A DNA stretch of 49,037 nucleotides from a virus (lineage: Duplodnaviria > Heunggongvirae > Uroviricota > Caudoviricetes): positions 1 through 49,037 of IMG/VR virus record IMGVR_UViG_2660238147_000004; one strand, 5' to 3'. Of this stretch, positions 28,874-38,858 are shown one piece after another (positions within the stretch are counted from its first letter, which is position 1; each line of letters opens with the position of its first letter). The translations under genes and the position numbers were made by a program. Under the pieces are notes generated by a model. It made no database searches and was not told the DNA's origin. It saw only the letters and a program-made list of their open reading frames with translations.

Positions 28874-29218
28874 TCAGGCTATTACCTGAAATTCAAGCGT
28901 GGCTCTGCTCAGACGGGAGTCAGGATCATACCCCTGCGTTTTAGAAATAACGGAGGGTGCCAGTTTCCTTACTGCATCAAGCGCCTGCTCACGAATATCA
29001 TCTGCGTCATCAGGTACTGTCGCCCAGACATCGATCTGCACGGTAATTCTGGATTCAGCCTGCCCATCAAGCACATCAGATGCCGTGTCAGACACCACAG
29101 AAAACACCAGCCACGGCGGAGATACCGCAGGCTTTCCCTCCGTCAGCGGGACCACATAAGGATAAACCTGTCCTCCGGCCAGCTGAGACAACAGGGAATA
29201 CAGTGTGCCCTCCCTCAT
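28874..29218 (-). CDS. tail terminator / tail completion protein (114 aa)
   Basis: Small ORF in the conserved position between head-tail joining genes and the major tail gene. Confidence 0.6.
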   Translation of the reverse strand: MREGTLYSLLSQLAGGQVYPYVVPLTEGKPAVSPPWLVFSVVSDTASDVLDGQAESRITVQIDVWATVPDDADDIREQALDAVRKLAPSVISKTQGYDPDSRLSRATLEFQVIA

Positions 29219-29664
29219 TTACTTAAGACCTCATCAATAGCCTGATTCATTCGCTGTATGGCAACCTGCGCCGCCAGCTCCTCTGTCGTATCGAAAGCCG
29301 GGCGAATGAATGGATGCGCGGGCATGTTTATCGTTCCCAGCTCCACAAAGCGCCAGTAAAATGCATTTCGGGGATCGCTGGCTTTCATGCTGTTATCACT
29401 GTTTCCGGTTCGCAGGTTCCGTCCGCGAATGTGGACACCCGAGATAATTTCCCCCCGACGCTTTGAACGCTGAGTGAGAACAACCACATTTTTCTTCAGT
29501 TTCCCGGTTCGCTCCGGCGCACGTTCAACAACTGCATCCCGCATAACTTCAGCACCGGCACGGGTGGCATCGCGCAGAACCTTATTGTTTTCTGCCCTGC
29601 TGAGCGTCTCCAGATCCCGTGCAATATCCGCCAGGCCGGAAAAATCAAGACTGAAATCCATCAC
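29215..29664 (-). CDS. HK97 gp10-family head-tail joining protein (149 aa)
   Basis: Position and pattern (..RAPERTGKLKKN...PAHPFIRPAFD...) typical of the family as recalled. Confidence 0.65.
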   Translation of the reverse strand: MMDFSLDFSGLADIARDLETLSRAENNKVLRDATRAGAEVMRDAVVERAPERTGKLKKNVVVLTQRSKRRGEIISGVHIRGRNLRTGNSDNSMKASDPRNAFYWRFVELGTINMPAHPFIRPAFDTTEELAAQVAIQRMNQAIDEVLSK

Positions 29665-29999
29665 ACATTCCCCTTCAGGCTGCAGAGTATTTCAAGCCGG
29701 GTAGCGCGTGCATCCGGTATTGGTGGACCTTCTATACCCAGAATGGCCCCTTTAAATGCACCGGTCAGCACTTTCAGACGTGAAGTCGCTGTCACATCGC
29801 GCCGGAATCTCATCCAGACTCTGACCGTAGCCTGAGCGGTTTCTGCTCCGCCTGAGATTATCTCCCTCCCGCTGATACCCTTAACTTCTGCCCATACGGT
29901 AGCTCCCTCCGTCACCGTCTCCACCGGATGCCCTGACGGAGAGCGGGCGGTGGTGACATTCAGAATAATTACGCGATCACGTAATCTGCCCGCCTGCAT
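29661..29999 (-). CDS. head closure / head-tail adaptor protein (112 aa)
   Basis: Conserved position downstream of the capsid gene; overlapping stop/start with neighbours. Confidence 0.6.
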   Translation of the reverse strand: MQAGRLRDRVIILNVTTARSPSGHPVETVTEGATVWAEVKGISGREIISGGAETAQATVRVWMRFRRDVTATSRLKVLTGAFKGAILGIEGPPIPDARATRLEILCSLKGNV

Positions 30000-30007
30000 G
30001 TCTCCTC

Positions 30008-30325
30008 CTACAAAGGAATAAAACGATAAGGCTCCAGCAGAGAAGAAAAACCAAACGGGACTGGTGCCTTGCTGACATCTGAGGAATTTTCCCGGTTTTC
30101 GTACCAGTGCCCGACCAGCAACATGAGCGCCAGCAAAACATCATCAGCTATAAGCACCCCTTCAGGATCACCTTCCGGCACCGTCTCCTCATAAAGCTTA
30201 CGGTTGATAAAATTTTCTGCCTTGCGGCAGGCAGCCCGGAAATACAGCATCAGTAACTCATCATCAGTTGCATCATCTGTATCAATACGGCACTGCGCCC
30301 TGAGTTTTTCCACTATTGCTGCCAT
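30008..30325 (-). CDS. gp6-like head-tail connector protein
   Basis: Start moved to ATG at 30325 (CAGGAG RBS) so that it lies downstream of the terminator; ...LLALMLLVGHWYENRE... motif. Confidence 0.6.
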   Translation of the reverse strand: MAAIVEKLRAQCRIDTDDATDDELLMLYFRAACRKAENFINRKLYEETVPEGDPEGVLIADDVLLALMLLVGHWYENRENSSDVSKAPVPFGFSSLLEPYRFIPL

Positions 30326-30358
30326 CAGAAACTCCTGCCCGCAACACTGTGCGGGCAT

Positions 30359-30380
30359 AAAAAAACCGCGTCGGCGCGGT
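30359..30380 (-). terminator. rho-independent terminator downstream of the major capsid gene
   Basis: accgcg-tcgg-cgcggt hairpin followed by a U-run on the minus-strand transcript. Confidence 0.6.
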
Positions 30381-30401
30381 CTGTAACTGAACAACGAGTG
30401 G

Positions 30402-31619
30402 TTATTTGCCAGTGAGCGCCTTGATGGCTGCCACATCTTCCAGCACACAGTCAAAACGATGGAAAGCCAGAAATGCCACCTGATCAAACTCAGCATAACG
30501 CTCAACCAGACGTTTCAGTTCCATATAAGTAACGCGGCGAATGATAAAGCGGTTGAAATCCCCCAGGAAAATGAATTTTTTTCCGGTACCAATCCCGTCA
30601 ATAGCCTGATCAATAACATAAGGGATCCCCAGCACAGTAGCCGGCGTACCGCCTGCAATATCCGGCAGCCATAACGGGCGTTTCTGCCCATCCTCCATCT
30701 CTTCAATAGTCTGCAATGTGGCATCATTGAATGCCCAGCGGTATTTCGGCCCACCACGATATGCCGGATCAATGGCATGTTTCAGGGCATTCATTTCTTT
30801 CCAGGTGAAAGCGGCAGAGGCTGCAGTCTGGATGGTTCCCGTCACCGACGCTGCCAGCCCTTTTGGCTGTAACGGTGATCCCGTTCCGGTCCCCTGAACC
30901 AGATATTTTGCCTCTCCACGACCAATACGCTGGGCAATACGGTTTGCCAGATAAGATTCAATATCCACCCCACTGTCCTGGAGCAGCTCATTGGACACAC
31001 GAATTATTTTTGATGACAGCTTTTTAGCCCCCAGAATAGCGGTCCCGAACGTCACATCCTGTTCCGTTGCGGCTGTATTTTCCGCCAGCAGTTCGCCCTC
31101 TTCAGTCGTGCCATCAGACGTTGACCAGGTGATATCCTGCCCGGTTGATGTGGTCAGAAGTTGCGCCACACTGGCAATCCCGCCATAAGCCTTCATGGTG
31201 TCAATGATTTTGTTACGCATCTGCGTGGGCACCGTATATCCGCCCTGAGAATCCGTTGTTACACTCTGAGCCCGCAGTTCACGCATCAGATTACGCTCTT
31301 CAGCATTCAGTTCTGCAAATCCGGCACGCAGAAAACGGTTAAATGCCGCAGCGCGCTTCTCTTCCACCGCCTTTTTCCCGTTCTCCGCCTCATTATTCTG
31401 GCGCTCTTCCGGCCCGGACTCATCCACATATGCCTGATCCTGACGGCGCAACTCTTCTTCACGGGCGATTTGCTCATCCAGCGCATCCAGCTCAGCTTTC
31501 GCCCTGTTCCACTCTGCCCGTTGCTCATCAGTCCATGCGTTATCACCAATTTTTTCATGCAGTGCACGCATATCCTTTGCAATGGTGTTTCGTTTTTGCT
31601 TCATCTCATGAAGTTTCAT
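30402..31619 (-). CDS. major capsid protein (HK97 fold, 405 aa)
   Basis: Follows the prohead protease; coiled N-terminal delta-like region then capsid domain. Confidence 0.85.
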   Translation of the reverse strand: MKLHEMKQKRNTIAKDMRALHEKIGDNAWTDEQRAEWNRAKAELDALDEQIAREEELRRQDQAYVDESGPEERQNNEAENGKKAVEEKRAAAFNRFLRAGFAELNAEERNLMRELRAQSVTTDSQGGYTVPTQMRNKIIDTMKAYGGIASVAQLLTTSTGQDITWSTSDGTTEEGELLAENTAATEQDVTFGTAILGAKKLSSKIIRVSNELLQDSGVDIESYLANRIAQRIGRGEAKYLVQGTGTGSPLQPKGLAASVTGTIQTAASAAFTWKEMNALKHAIDPAYRGGPKYRWAFNDATLQTIEEMEDGQKRPLWLPDIAGGTPATVLGIPYVIDQAIDGIGTGKKFIFLGDFNRFIIRRVTYMELKRLVERYAEFDQVAFLAFHRFDCVLEDVAAIKALTGK

Positions 31620-31633
31620 CGTCAGTAGTATCC

Positions 31634-32233
31634 TTATGCATTAAGAAGGGTCAAAAGACGCTCACGCGCCATTCGTTCGTTAACAGCTTTCTTCAGCGCA
31701 CCACTCGCCCGCGCTTCCTGCCAGGCTTTCATTGAGCGGACACCAGAGTCTGCGTCCTGATAGGCCGGATATGTCACCGGGCTGACGTCATACAGACGAG
31801 AAATGCGCGTGATTTCCCGGATAACAATCCCTTCGTCGTCTTCATACCAGCTCTCTCCGTCACGGGCGACACGAAACGCGAACGAGGACTGATTAATGTC
31901 ACCACGCAACATTGGAGACAGCACCAGGTCACAAATAGTCGGAGTATCCGGTGCAACAATGTCATAACGTAAACCGCGTTCATCCACCGACAATGACAAC
32001 GTGCCGGCAGAACTTCGTCCGAGAATGAAATTAGGATCATGATTAAACAAGCCACGTACATCATCATTCAGTACATCATCAAAAGCCCCCGGCTTGATGA
32101 TTTCACGAAATCCCCACAGAGGTTCTGAACGACTGTTAAATACCGAGCCATACCCCAGAATGTGGGTCGGGGCATTATCATATTGTTCCGCCCGCACCTC
32201 CCCGCTGTAACAGCGCGTTTCACGGTCATTCAT
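31634..32233 (-). CDS. prohead protease (HK97 family)
   Basis: Position between portal and capsid; ...GYGSVFN...FNHD... motif. Confidence 0.85.
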   Translation of the reverse strand: MNDRETRCYSGEVRAEQYDNAPTHILGYGSVFNSRSEPLWGFREIIKPGAFDDVLNDDVRGLFNHDPNFILGRSSAGTLSLSVDERGLRYDIVAPDTPTICDLVLSPMLRGDINQSSFAFRVARDGESWYEDDEGIVIREITRISRLYDVSPVTYPAYQDADSGVRSMKAWQEARASGALKKAVNERMARERLLTLLNA

Positions 32234-33452
32234 CGTTCTTTTCCTCTTTGCCTTTCGTATCTTTAAAGTTATTCAACGGATTTGCTGCATTTACGCTGAC
32301 CAGCATTTCATCCAGACCGTCAACCGGGTTCATATCCTCAAATGCCCTGGCTTCATTCCGACTCATCCAGCCATCTGTAATGGCAAAGTGATAGAACTGC
32401 GCACGCTCCTGTGGGGTCCCACGGAGCAACCCCGTGAGGTTGAAACGAACGTAATACCCGGCAGCCCGTTCTGTACGGGTAAACAGGCGACGGTTAAGCT
32501 CCTGCTCCCAGTTCGCAACCCAGGGCATCATCGTGTAGCGAACAAACTGAATCGCCTGCTGCGTAATATTCGAAAATGTGGCTTTTTCCAGGTCATTAAT
32601 CATGTGCGCCGGGACATTAAAAATCCCGGCAATCATCGACCGGTTCAGCTTGGTCATATCAATGATCTGAGCATCCACCGGAGAAACTGTCAGAGCGCGG
32701 TAATCCAGTTGCGCAGGCAGCAACATGGTTTTATTTTCCTGGCTGCGAAGCGCTGTCACCGCCCGCTGCCACATATTTTTAAGCCTGCCCCAGCTTTGTT
32801 CGTTCAGTTCATTTTTCACAGAAATAATACCGGCAGGACGGGCATTACCGTTAAAAAAGGCGCTGGTATACTGCTGGCCACTCATTCCCATACCAATGGT
32901 TTCAGCATGCTGCATGATCGGGCTCAGTCCCATTTTCTGATTGTTTCCCAGCGCCCTGATATGGATCATGTCGTCCGGACTTACCGCAAATGCACCCTCT
33001 TCGTTATACACCCCGTAAGTATGACGCCCACCGGTGTTAAGTAACGTGGTTTCCCATGGCATACAGCATTCAAGGCTGGTAACCTCTCCACGACGATTAC
33101 GTTTTACCCACGTATAACCATTGCCCCACCCCAGCACATGACGCTGCTTCAGTTCCCGCCACTTATAGCTGGTCTGCCAGGCATTAGGTTCATCATGAAC
33201 GAGCCAGAACAACGGATGATCGCGTGCCGGCTGAACATGCTCATTCGTTTTTCGCATCACATGCAGGGGCATCTGAGCCACACTGGATGAAATAACATAA
33301 ATACAGGCATAGACAGCAGCCAGCTTCATGGATGTTTCCGGACTGACATACACATCCCGGGCAAAAATATTATCCGTCTCAGCGGCCTCTCCGGTTACCG
33401 GAACCGAGGGATTTTCCAGAGGCTCACTGCGAAACAGAGCATCAAGAAGCAT
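32226..33452 (-). CDS. portal protein (HK97 family, 408 aa)
   Basis: Size and position downstream of the terminase large subunit. Confidence 0.85.
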   Translation of the reverse strand: MLLDALFRSEPLENPSVPVTGEAAETDNIFARDVYVSPETSMKLAAVYACIYVISSSVAQMPLHVMRKTNEHVQPARDHPLFWLVHDEPNAWQTSYKWRELKQRHVLGWGNGYTWVKRNRRGEVTSLECCMPWETTLLNTGGRHTYGVYNEEGAFAVSPDDMIHIRALGNNQKMGLSPIMQHAETIGMGMSGQQYTSAFFNGNARPAGIISVKNELNEQSWGRLKNMWQRAVTALRSQENKTMLLPAQLDYRALTVSPVDAQIIDMTKLNRSMIAGIFNVPAHMINDLEKATFSNITQQAIQFVRYTMMPWVANWEQELNRRLFTRTERAAGYYVRFNLTGLLRGTPQERAQFYHFAITDGWMSRNEARAFEDMNPVDGLDEMLVSVNAANPLNNFKDTKGKEEKNDE

Positions 33453-33582
33453 GTTTTCTCCTCATGGACACCACCAGTGCATAAAGCAGCAACAAACAGC
33501 CCGACAGCATCAGAGACGCTGGCAGACCTGCATACAGATAAACGCCAGCAGTGAGCAAACCGAAACCGATCAGCCCGGTCAT
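33442..33582 (-). CDS. possible small hydrophobic protein (46 aa) between terminase and portal
   Basis: ATG...TGA ORF MTGLIGFGLLTAGVYLYAGLPASLMLSGCLLLLYALVVSMRRKHAS, not in the supplied track (under 60 aa); overlaps the portal start. Confidence 0.3.
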   Translation of the reverse strand: MTGLIGFGLLTAGVYLYAGLPASLMLSGCLLLLYALVVSMRRKHAS

Positions 33583-33599
33583 ATCAGTAATAAGCTGTT

Positions 33600-35357
33600 T
33601 CACAGAATTAACAGGTCCTCATCAGGATCAAGCGTGGACAGAAAGTCATTCACGCCCCCTCCATTTACCAGAAAGCGGCTCATGGCTGTAAAAAGCGCAA
33701 CAGGGCCGTCGATTTTGGCTTCCGGCGTGGATTTATTCGGGAAGATGTTGTCGTTTTTGTCCGGTTTTACAGTAACGTTAGACATCATCCAGTTCATGAC
33801 CGGATGATTGCTGTGATGGAAACGCCCGGCATAAACCAGTGATTCCGTTTCCTTCATGGCCTCTGACAGATTGCGGACCGTCTGCGGAACCTCCACCAGC
33901 GGTATCCCTTCTTCAGCCAGTGCCAGGCTGAACTGCATTGCGCTCCACGGGTCAAATCCCAGTTCCCTGAGGTTTTCACCGCCAATCCATTCCAGTAAGT
34001 CACTTTTTATCTGAGCATGATCGATAACATCACCATCCGTCAGGATGAGCTTATCCATCTCCGCCCACTTCCGGTAAAGTTCTGCCTGCTGCCGCGAGCA
34101 TCGTTCCAGCCGTCCTTCCGGAAGCCAGAATTTAAAATCAGCATGAACATGTCCGTTATCGGTTCGCCAGAGTTTTGCCGCCGCACAGATATCAATCTTA
34201 TGAGCAAGGTCGACGCCGACCCACATGGGATATGTTTTCAGCTCATGTTGTGGAGCAATGTATTCGCACTTCTCCCACTTAATCATATCCATCCAGGCAG
34301 ATTCGGCAGTGACCCACACATTCATGTGTTTGGTAAAAAAATTCACCCGCGCAGAGACCTGCTCCTTCGCTTTTTTCGCCAGGCGACGCAGATCATCCCA
34401 GCGTTTACAGATGCCCAGGCCAGGATTCGCTTTCTGCCAGACCGTTTCATCAAACGGATCATCTCCCTCATCAAGCGTGTAAATGATCGCAAAGTAAGAG
34501 TCGTCTTTTACAGCGCCCTCCACGTCGCTGTTATAGCCTCGCAATACCTTGATGGCGTAATCACGCTGCTCGTAACAAATCCCTTCCTTGTTAAAGCCAG
34601 CCGTGGTGATACCAAATAACAGGGACTGCAGACGGGCACCGGTTGCCGTTTCCAGAACGTCCCACACGTCGCGGGTTTTATGTGCATGCAGCTCATCAAT
34701 AATGGCGCAGTGGATGTTCAGACCGTCCAGGTTGTTTGCATCCGAGGAAAGCGGTTCAAATTTTGATGCGCTCTGCTCCTGGTAAATCGCCAGCTTGTTG
34801 AAATCAAACAACCGCCCGAGTGTCGACCGGGCTTTTCTGACCATATTTTTGGCGTCTTCAAACACGATTCTGGCCTGGTCACGCGTGGTTGCGGCTGAAT
34901 ACACCTCAGCTCCGCCTTCACTATCTGCCCCCGTCATATACAGGCCGATACCCGATGACAGTGTTGATTTTGCGTTTTTACGGGCGACTTCGTTGTACGC
35001 CGTCCGGAACCGGCGCACCATCACCGGACGTCCGCTGCCATCGCTGCGCATGACAACTTCCCCGGTTTCTTCATTGACCAGCGGAATGACAAAACCAAAA
35101 ATATTAATGAGGATAAATACATGCCAGTCCATCAACTCAATGGGCTGGCCTGCCAGTGCCCCTTTTACATGAGGCACAAATTTGTAGAAATTCAGGATGT
35201 GCTGCGCACGGGGTTCACTGAAATAAATCCCCCGCTTTTCGCCGTACTTCAGATCATCAAGAAAACGCTGGCAGGCCAGGCGGACAAATTCGCCAGCAAC
35301 AATTTCTCCTGCAACAACACGTTCGGCGTAGCGGATCCCGTCAGCCACTTTTGCCAT
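33600..35357 (-). CDS. terminase large subunit (585 aa)
   Basis: ATPase N-terminal region and nuclease C-terminal region; follows the small subunit. Confidence 0.9.
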   Translation of the reverse strand: MAKVADGIRYAERVVAGEIVAGEFVRLACQRFLDDLKYGEKRGIYFSEPRAQHILNFYKFVPHVKGALAGQPIELMDWHVFILINIFGFVIPLVNEETGEVVMRSDGSGRPVMVRRFRTAYNEVARKNAKSTLSSGIGLYMTGADSEGGAEVYSAATTRDQARIVFEDAKNMVRKARSTLGRLFDFNKLAIYQEQSASKFEPLSSDANNLDGLNIHCAIIDELHAHKTRDVWDVLETATGARLQSLLFGITTAGFNKEGICYEQRDYAIKVLRGYNSDVEGAVKDDSYFAIIYTLDEGDDPFDETVWQKANPGLGICKRWDDLRRLAKKAKEQVSARVNFFTKHMNVWVTAESAWMDMIKWEKCEYIAPQHELKTYPMWVGVDLAHKIDICAAAKLWRTDNGHVHADFKFWLPEGRLERCSRQQAELYRKWAEMDKLILTDGDVIDHAQIKSDLLEWIGGENLRELGFDPWSAMQFSLALAEEGIPLVEVPQTVRNLSEAMKETESLVYAGRFHHSNHPVMNWMMSNVTVKPDKNDNIFPNKSTPEAKIDGPVALFTAMSRFLVNGGGVNDFLSTLDPDEDLLIL

Positions 35358-35839
35358 CAGTCTCTCGCTTTTAAAAGCTCTGCCAGCGGATCAACATTAT
35401 CCGGTCCGGCGGTATTTACTTTTGCCCGGCTTGCCGGTGACATACCAAATTCTGCAAGCATCGCCCGGATCCGCTTCCAGGCATCCGCTTTCATCGCAGC
35501 AGCCGGGTGTGCCTTAATCAGCACATCACCGTTCTGCGTTTCCGAGCGGTAGGTGTACCCCTCAACATCGAGTGTTTCGCAGTGATGCCGGTATTCGGTA
35601 TAGGCTTCCACCAGTAGCTCAAGCGCACGCGCATCAAGCTGAGAAATGATCCCTTCCGCATTCAGCTCTTCCGCCATTCGCCTGAACCAGTACTTCCCCT
35701 GCGCCCCTAAATGTTGCGGAATTTTAGGGAGACCTTTTTCATCCTTTTTAGCGGTTTTTTTGAGGTCTTTAACTGGCCGCTTTGAGGGGTTGCCTCGTAT
35801 CAAATGCAGGCGTGGCGGGATTTTCGGGGGTCCAGACAT
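35357..35839 (-). CDS. terminase small subunit (P27 family)
   Basis: MSGPPKIPPRLHLIRGNP... with basic N-terminus; immediately upstream of the large subunit. Confidence 0.75.
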   Translation of the reverse strand: MSGPPKIPPRLHLIRGNPSKRPVKDLKKTAKKDEKGLPKIPQHLGAQGKYWFRRMAEELNAEGIISQLDARALELLVEAYTEYRHHCETLDVEGYTYRSETQNGDVLIKAHPAAAMKADAWKRIRAMLAEFGMSPASRAKVNTAGPDNVDPLAELLKARD

Positions 35840-35986
35840 AATCGGTTTTACCTATCAATCATTTAATCACATTCCAAAAAAAAGTTTTCGAACCTGCGGC
35901 GATGCGAGGAAAGGTCAGGCGGCGGTACTGAGCAGCCAGGGTTGCAGAGATTTGACCCGCCCCTCCCCTACAGATGGGAACTGTTA

Positions 35987-36337
35987 TCAATTGATGCGTT
36001 CGCGCGCTGTTTTTGCTTTATGACAGGGCCAGCACAGACTCTGCAGGTTACTGTCTGCATCTGTGCCACCATGAGCTTTCGGAATGATGTGGTCCACAGT
36101 TCTGGCTTCAACGGCTCTCCCATTGCGCAGGCAGTTCTGACACAGATGATTATCACGCTTCAGTATGCGCGCACGTATGGCATCCCATTTCGAGCCATAG
36201 CCACGCTGGTGGCGGCTCAGTCCGCGTTGATGCTGTACCCATCCTTCGCCACGATGTTTATCGCAGTAACCAGAACTGTCTGTGGTTGTACCTGCACATC
36301 CACGCTTACGGCAGGCGCGTGGGATTAGTGCTGGCAT
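35987..36337 (-). CDS. HNH endonuclease (116 aa)
   Basis: CxxC...CxxH...H..H zinc/HNH motifs (..CQNCLRNG...VDHIIPKAHGGTD...NLQSLCWPCH..); typical partner of HK97-type terminases. Confidence 0.85.
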   Translation of the reverse strand: MPALIPRACRKRGCAGTTTDSSGYCDKHRGEGWVQHQRGLSRHQRGYGSKWDAIRARILKRDNHLCQNCLRNGRAVEARTVDHIIPKAHGGTDADSNLQSLCWPCHKAKTARERIN

Positions 36338-36475
36338 GTTTCGCCCTTATATAAATCAAAGGTGACCTGCATTGAGTATCTCCATGGAATAGATTTGCTG
36401 CTGATATGAGACAGATCAATAGACTTCATGAGCCAACGGGTGTAGATATTACTTTTTACTTCAGAGGGTTAACTC

Positions 36476-37015
36476 ATGGATATTAAAGATAAAATCAATA
36501 CCATTTTGTTATGTGACATTGCCATCCACCTAGGTATCGAAACTGATATTGATCCACAGCTTGTTAAATATGCTGTGTCATCTGGTAATGATTGGGTTAT
36601 CAAGGCCGAATATTCACATTTGGATGTTGACGAACCAAGTAAAGAAGATCGTGATTTTGTTACTGCTGTCTTGAATATGTATCGCGGACTTTCCAATGCT
36701 TTCAGGAAACTTAGTGATGACGAGCAAAAAGAATTAGTCCGTGACCATCATCTAAAAATACATGATGGGGCAATTCAGCTCCCAGGTTTCGACGGTAATA
36801 ATGAATGCGATTACTTCAGTATCATTGAGGCATATCAGAAAATTGATCGCTTCCCCGAACAGAAACAGCCCATTGCCAATACTCATTCACGTACAGAACA
36901 TCTCTATAACGCAATGCTTGATGAGTTTAAGAAAATTGACGCTGTAAATCGAAGCTGGGATTTATCGAAGGAAGAACTGGCATCCATTCTTTCCACAGCT
37001 CCACGCAGTTTCTAA
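36476..37015 (+). CDS. hypothetical protein (179 aa), moron on the opposite strand between terminase and lysis genes
   Basis: Only sizeable plus-strand gene inside the late region; AT-rich; RBS GAGGG; no family recognised. Confidence 0.6.
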   Translation: MDIKDKINTILLCDIAIHLGIETDIDPQLVKYAVSSGNDWVIKAEYSHLDVDEPSKEDRDFVTAVLNMYRGLSNAFRKLSDDEQKELVRDHHLKIHDGAIQLPGFDGNNECDYFSIIEAYQKIDRFPEQKQPIANTHSRTEHLYNAMLDEFKKIDAVNRSWDLSKEELASILSTAPRSF

Positions 37016-37020
37016 GTGCT

Positions 37021-37287
37021 TTAGGCGGGTTTCCAACCCGCCTTATTATGCTCGTATATAGAGAAGGAAGCACCCAAATTAACCAGCGCGGATTTCTTTT
37101 CCTCAATACGGCTGTTAAGTTCAGCAACTGCATGCGGGCGTATGGCCTCAAGAAAAGCACTATATTGATAGGCAGACTGGATTGTCACACCAAGCCCTGC
37201 ACCACTTTCCAGTATACCTTTCTGTCGCTGTAGCTCTTTCATCTCGTTATAGATGTAATGTGCGTTACTTAGGTTTTCTACGTTCAC
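37021..37287 (-). CDS. hypothetical protein (88 aa) downstream of Rz
   Basis: ORF convergent with the 179-aa moron. Confidence 0.45.
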   Translation of the reverse strand: MNVENLSNAHYIYNEMKELQRQKGILESGAGLGVTIQSAYQYSAFLEAIRPHAVAELNSRIEEKKSALVNLGASFSIYEHNKAGWKPA

Positions 37288-37442
37288 GCCCTAAGTTCTT
37301 CCTGCAGTTAGCCTGCACTGATTTGTTATGCGCCAATATGTCCCGCTTCGTCTGTTGCATTATCATAAGTAATAGCGTAGGTTGACACCTTGGCTCTCTT
37401 TCGCCACCGGCGAATCTTTAGCGGATTATCCTTGGCCGGTTT

Positions 37443-37925
37443 TTATCTGAGACATTGCTCACGAATGTATAGCTGTGCCCCTTCCAGTTGCTTCTGCATC
37501 GTCATCAACCGTTCTCTGAGGGTGAAATAATCCCGTTCAGCGGTGTCTGCCAGTCTGGGGCTGGTTGCATTATCCACGCTGGTGGGTCCGGTGGCTTCAC
37601 GCACGGCTGCGGAGCAACTGGCATTGACCCGCAGGCGCTTACGACCAGCGGCAACATCAGCGCGCAGAGTTTCATTTTCAGCTTTCGCATTGGCTAATTC
37701 TCTCGAGTACTTTGCATCGAGCGCAGCAACATCACGCTGACGCTGTTGCATGTCAGCGATGGTGGCAGTCGCCTGCTTCAGCTCACTGACTTTTTTATCA
37801 CGCTGTTCTTTGTAGGCGATGGCGTTATCACGGTAATGATTGACCGCCCACGACAGGCAGACGATGGTGCAGATAACCAGAGTATAAATAATCGCTGCGA
37901 CTCTGCTCACTGATCTATCCCCCAA
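37443..37925 (-). CDS. Rz: i-spanin Rz
   Basis: N-terminal TM segment followed by coiled coil; overlaps the endolysin end; contains an embedded Rz1 frame. Confidence 0.85.
   Translation of the reverse strand: MGDRSVSRVAAIIYTLVICTIVCLSWAVNHYRDNAIAYKEQRDKKVSELKQATATIADMQQRQRDVAALDAKYSRELANAKAENETLRADVAAGRKRLRVNASCSAAVREATGPTSVDNATSPRLADTAERDYFTLRERLMTMQKQLEGAQLYIREQCLR
37505..37690 (-). CDS. Rz1: o-spanin Rz1 lipoprotein, embedded in Rz in another frame
   Basis: Lipobox LVVSAC followed by a Pro-rich short peptide; start may be the internal ATG (MKLCALML). Confidence 0.75.
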   Translation of the reverse strand: MRKLKMKLCALMLPLVVSACGSMPVAPQPCVKPPDPPAWIMQPAPDWQTPLNGIISPSENG

Positions 37926-38440
37926 CAGGCTAATGCGCTTTCCTGGTCACGACGAATAACCTGTCCATAGCAGTTATTTGAACGTATGCGGCAATCGCGC
38001 CCACCATCTTTTATCCACCAGCGAATCGCCTCGCATGCGCCCTTACGATCACCGGCATTCAGCCGCTTATAAAACGTCGACGGGAAACACTTACCGGGGC
38101 CAATGTTATAGGGACAGAATGACGCTATACCCGCTTTCTGTGGTTCGGTCAGTGGTACTTTAATATTGCGCTCTACCCATGCCAGCGCCTTATCACGTTC
38201 AATAGCGTTAACCTGGTCGCATTTTTCCTTCGACAGCTTCATTCCCGGTATGACGGGCTTACCATCCACCATTGTGGCACCCCGACAGATGGTCCAGATG
38301 CCGGCCCCATCGCGGTATGCCGTTGTGTGGTTACCTTCTTTTTCATCCAGAAACTGGTCGAGAATATCAGGCGCGGGCGCACCGACGGCAATCAGTGCCA
38401 GAACGGCAGCCGACAGGCCGTATCTGATTTTTGCGTTCAT
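37907..38440 (-). CDS. SAR endolysin (T4-type lysozyme with N-terminal signal-anchor-release domain)
   Basis: Hydrophobic Gly/Ala-rich N-terminus followed by lysozyme-like ...[22 protein letters not shown]... region. Confidence 0.85.
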   Translation of the reverse strand: MNAKIRYGLSAAVLALIAVGAPAPDILDQFLDEKEGNHTTAYRDGAGIWTICRGATMVDGKPVIPGMKLSKEKCDQVNAIERDKALAWVERNIKVPLTEPQKAGIASFCPYNIGPGKCFPSTFYKRLNAGDRKGACEAIRWWIKDGGRDCRIRSNNCYGQVIRRDQESALACWGIDQ

Positions 38441-38503
38441 GGATATTTATCAGGATTTATCGGTTTCTGCCCACGGACAGGTTTATCTGTTCCGGTCAGT
38501 GAC

Positions 38504-38854
38504 TTAAGGTTGTGATTCCGGAGGAGTCTTCAGAGAACCAGTAATTCTTCCTGGTAGCTTTCCTTTGTAGGTTATCCACACATTCTGCGCCTCTAAAATT
38601 ACGGGGCGCTTTTCCGGCGACTGCTCATCCCCTTCACATAACCCGGCAGCAACATCCAGGAAGACCTGTCTGATGCTCCTTCTGGCTGCTGCCTCATAAA
38701 ACCCCAGCGCGGCACCTTCAACACGGTCCAGCGAGATGTCCAGGTCAAAAATTTCACCGTCAAAGCGTTTTTTGTCCCGTAACGCTAAAGTTACCGTAAC
38801 TTTATTCTCAAAATTGCGGATCCCTTTCACAATCAGTTCATAGTTTTGAGTCAT
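38504..38854 (-). CDS. conserved lambdoid-prophage protein of unknown function (116 aa) inserted between holin and endolysin
   Basis: Recalled as a DUF-type protein common in the Q-lysis region of E. coli prophages. Confidence 0.5.
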   Translation of the reverse strand: MTQNYELIVKGIRNFENKVTVTLALRDKKRFDGEIFDLDISLDRVEGAALGFYEAAARRSIRQVFLDVAAGLCEGDEQSPEKRPVILEAQNVWITYKGKLPGRITGSLKTPPESQP

Positions 38855-38858
38855 TGAA

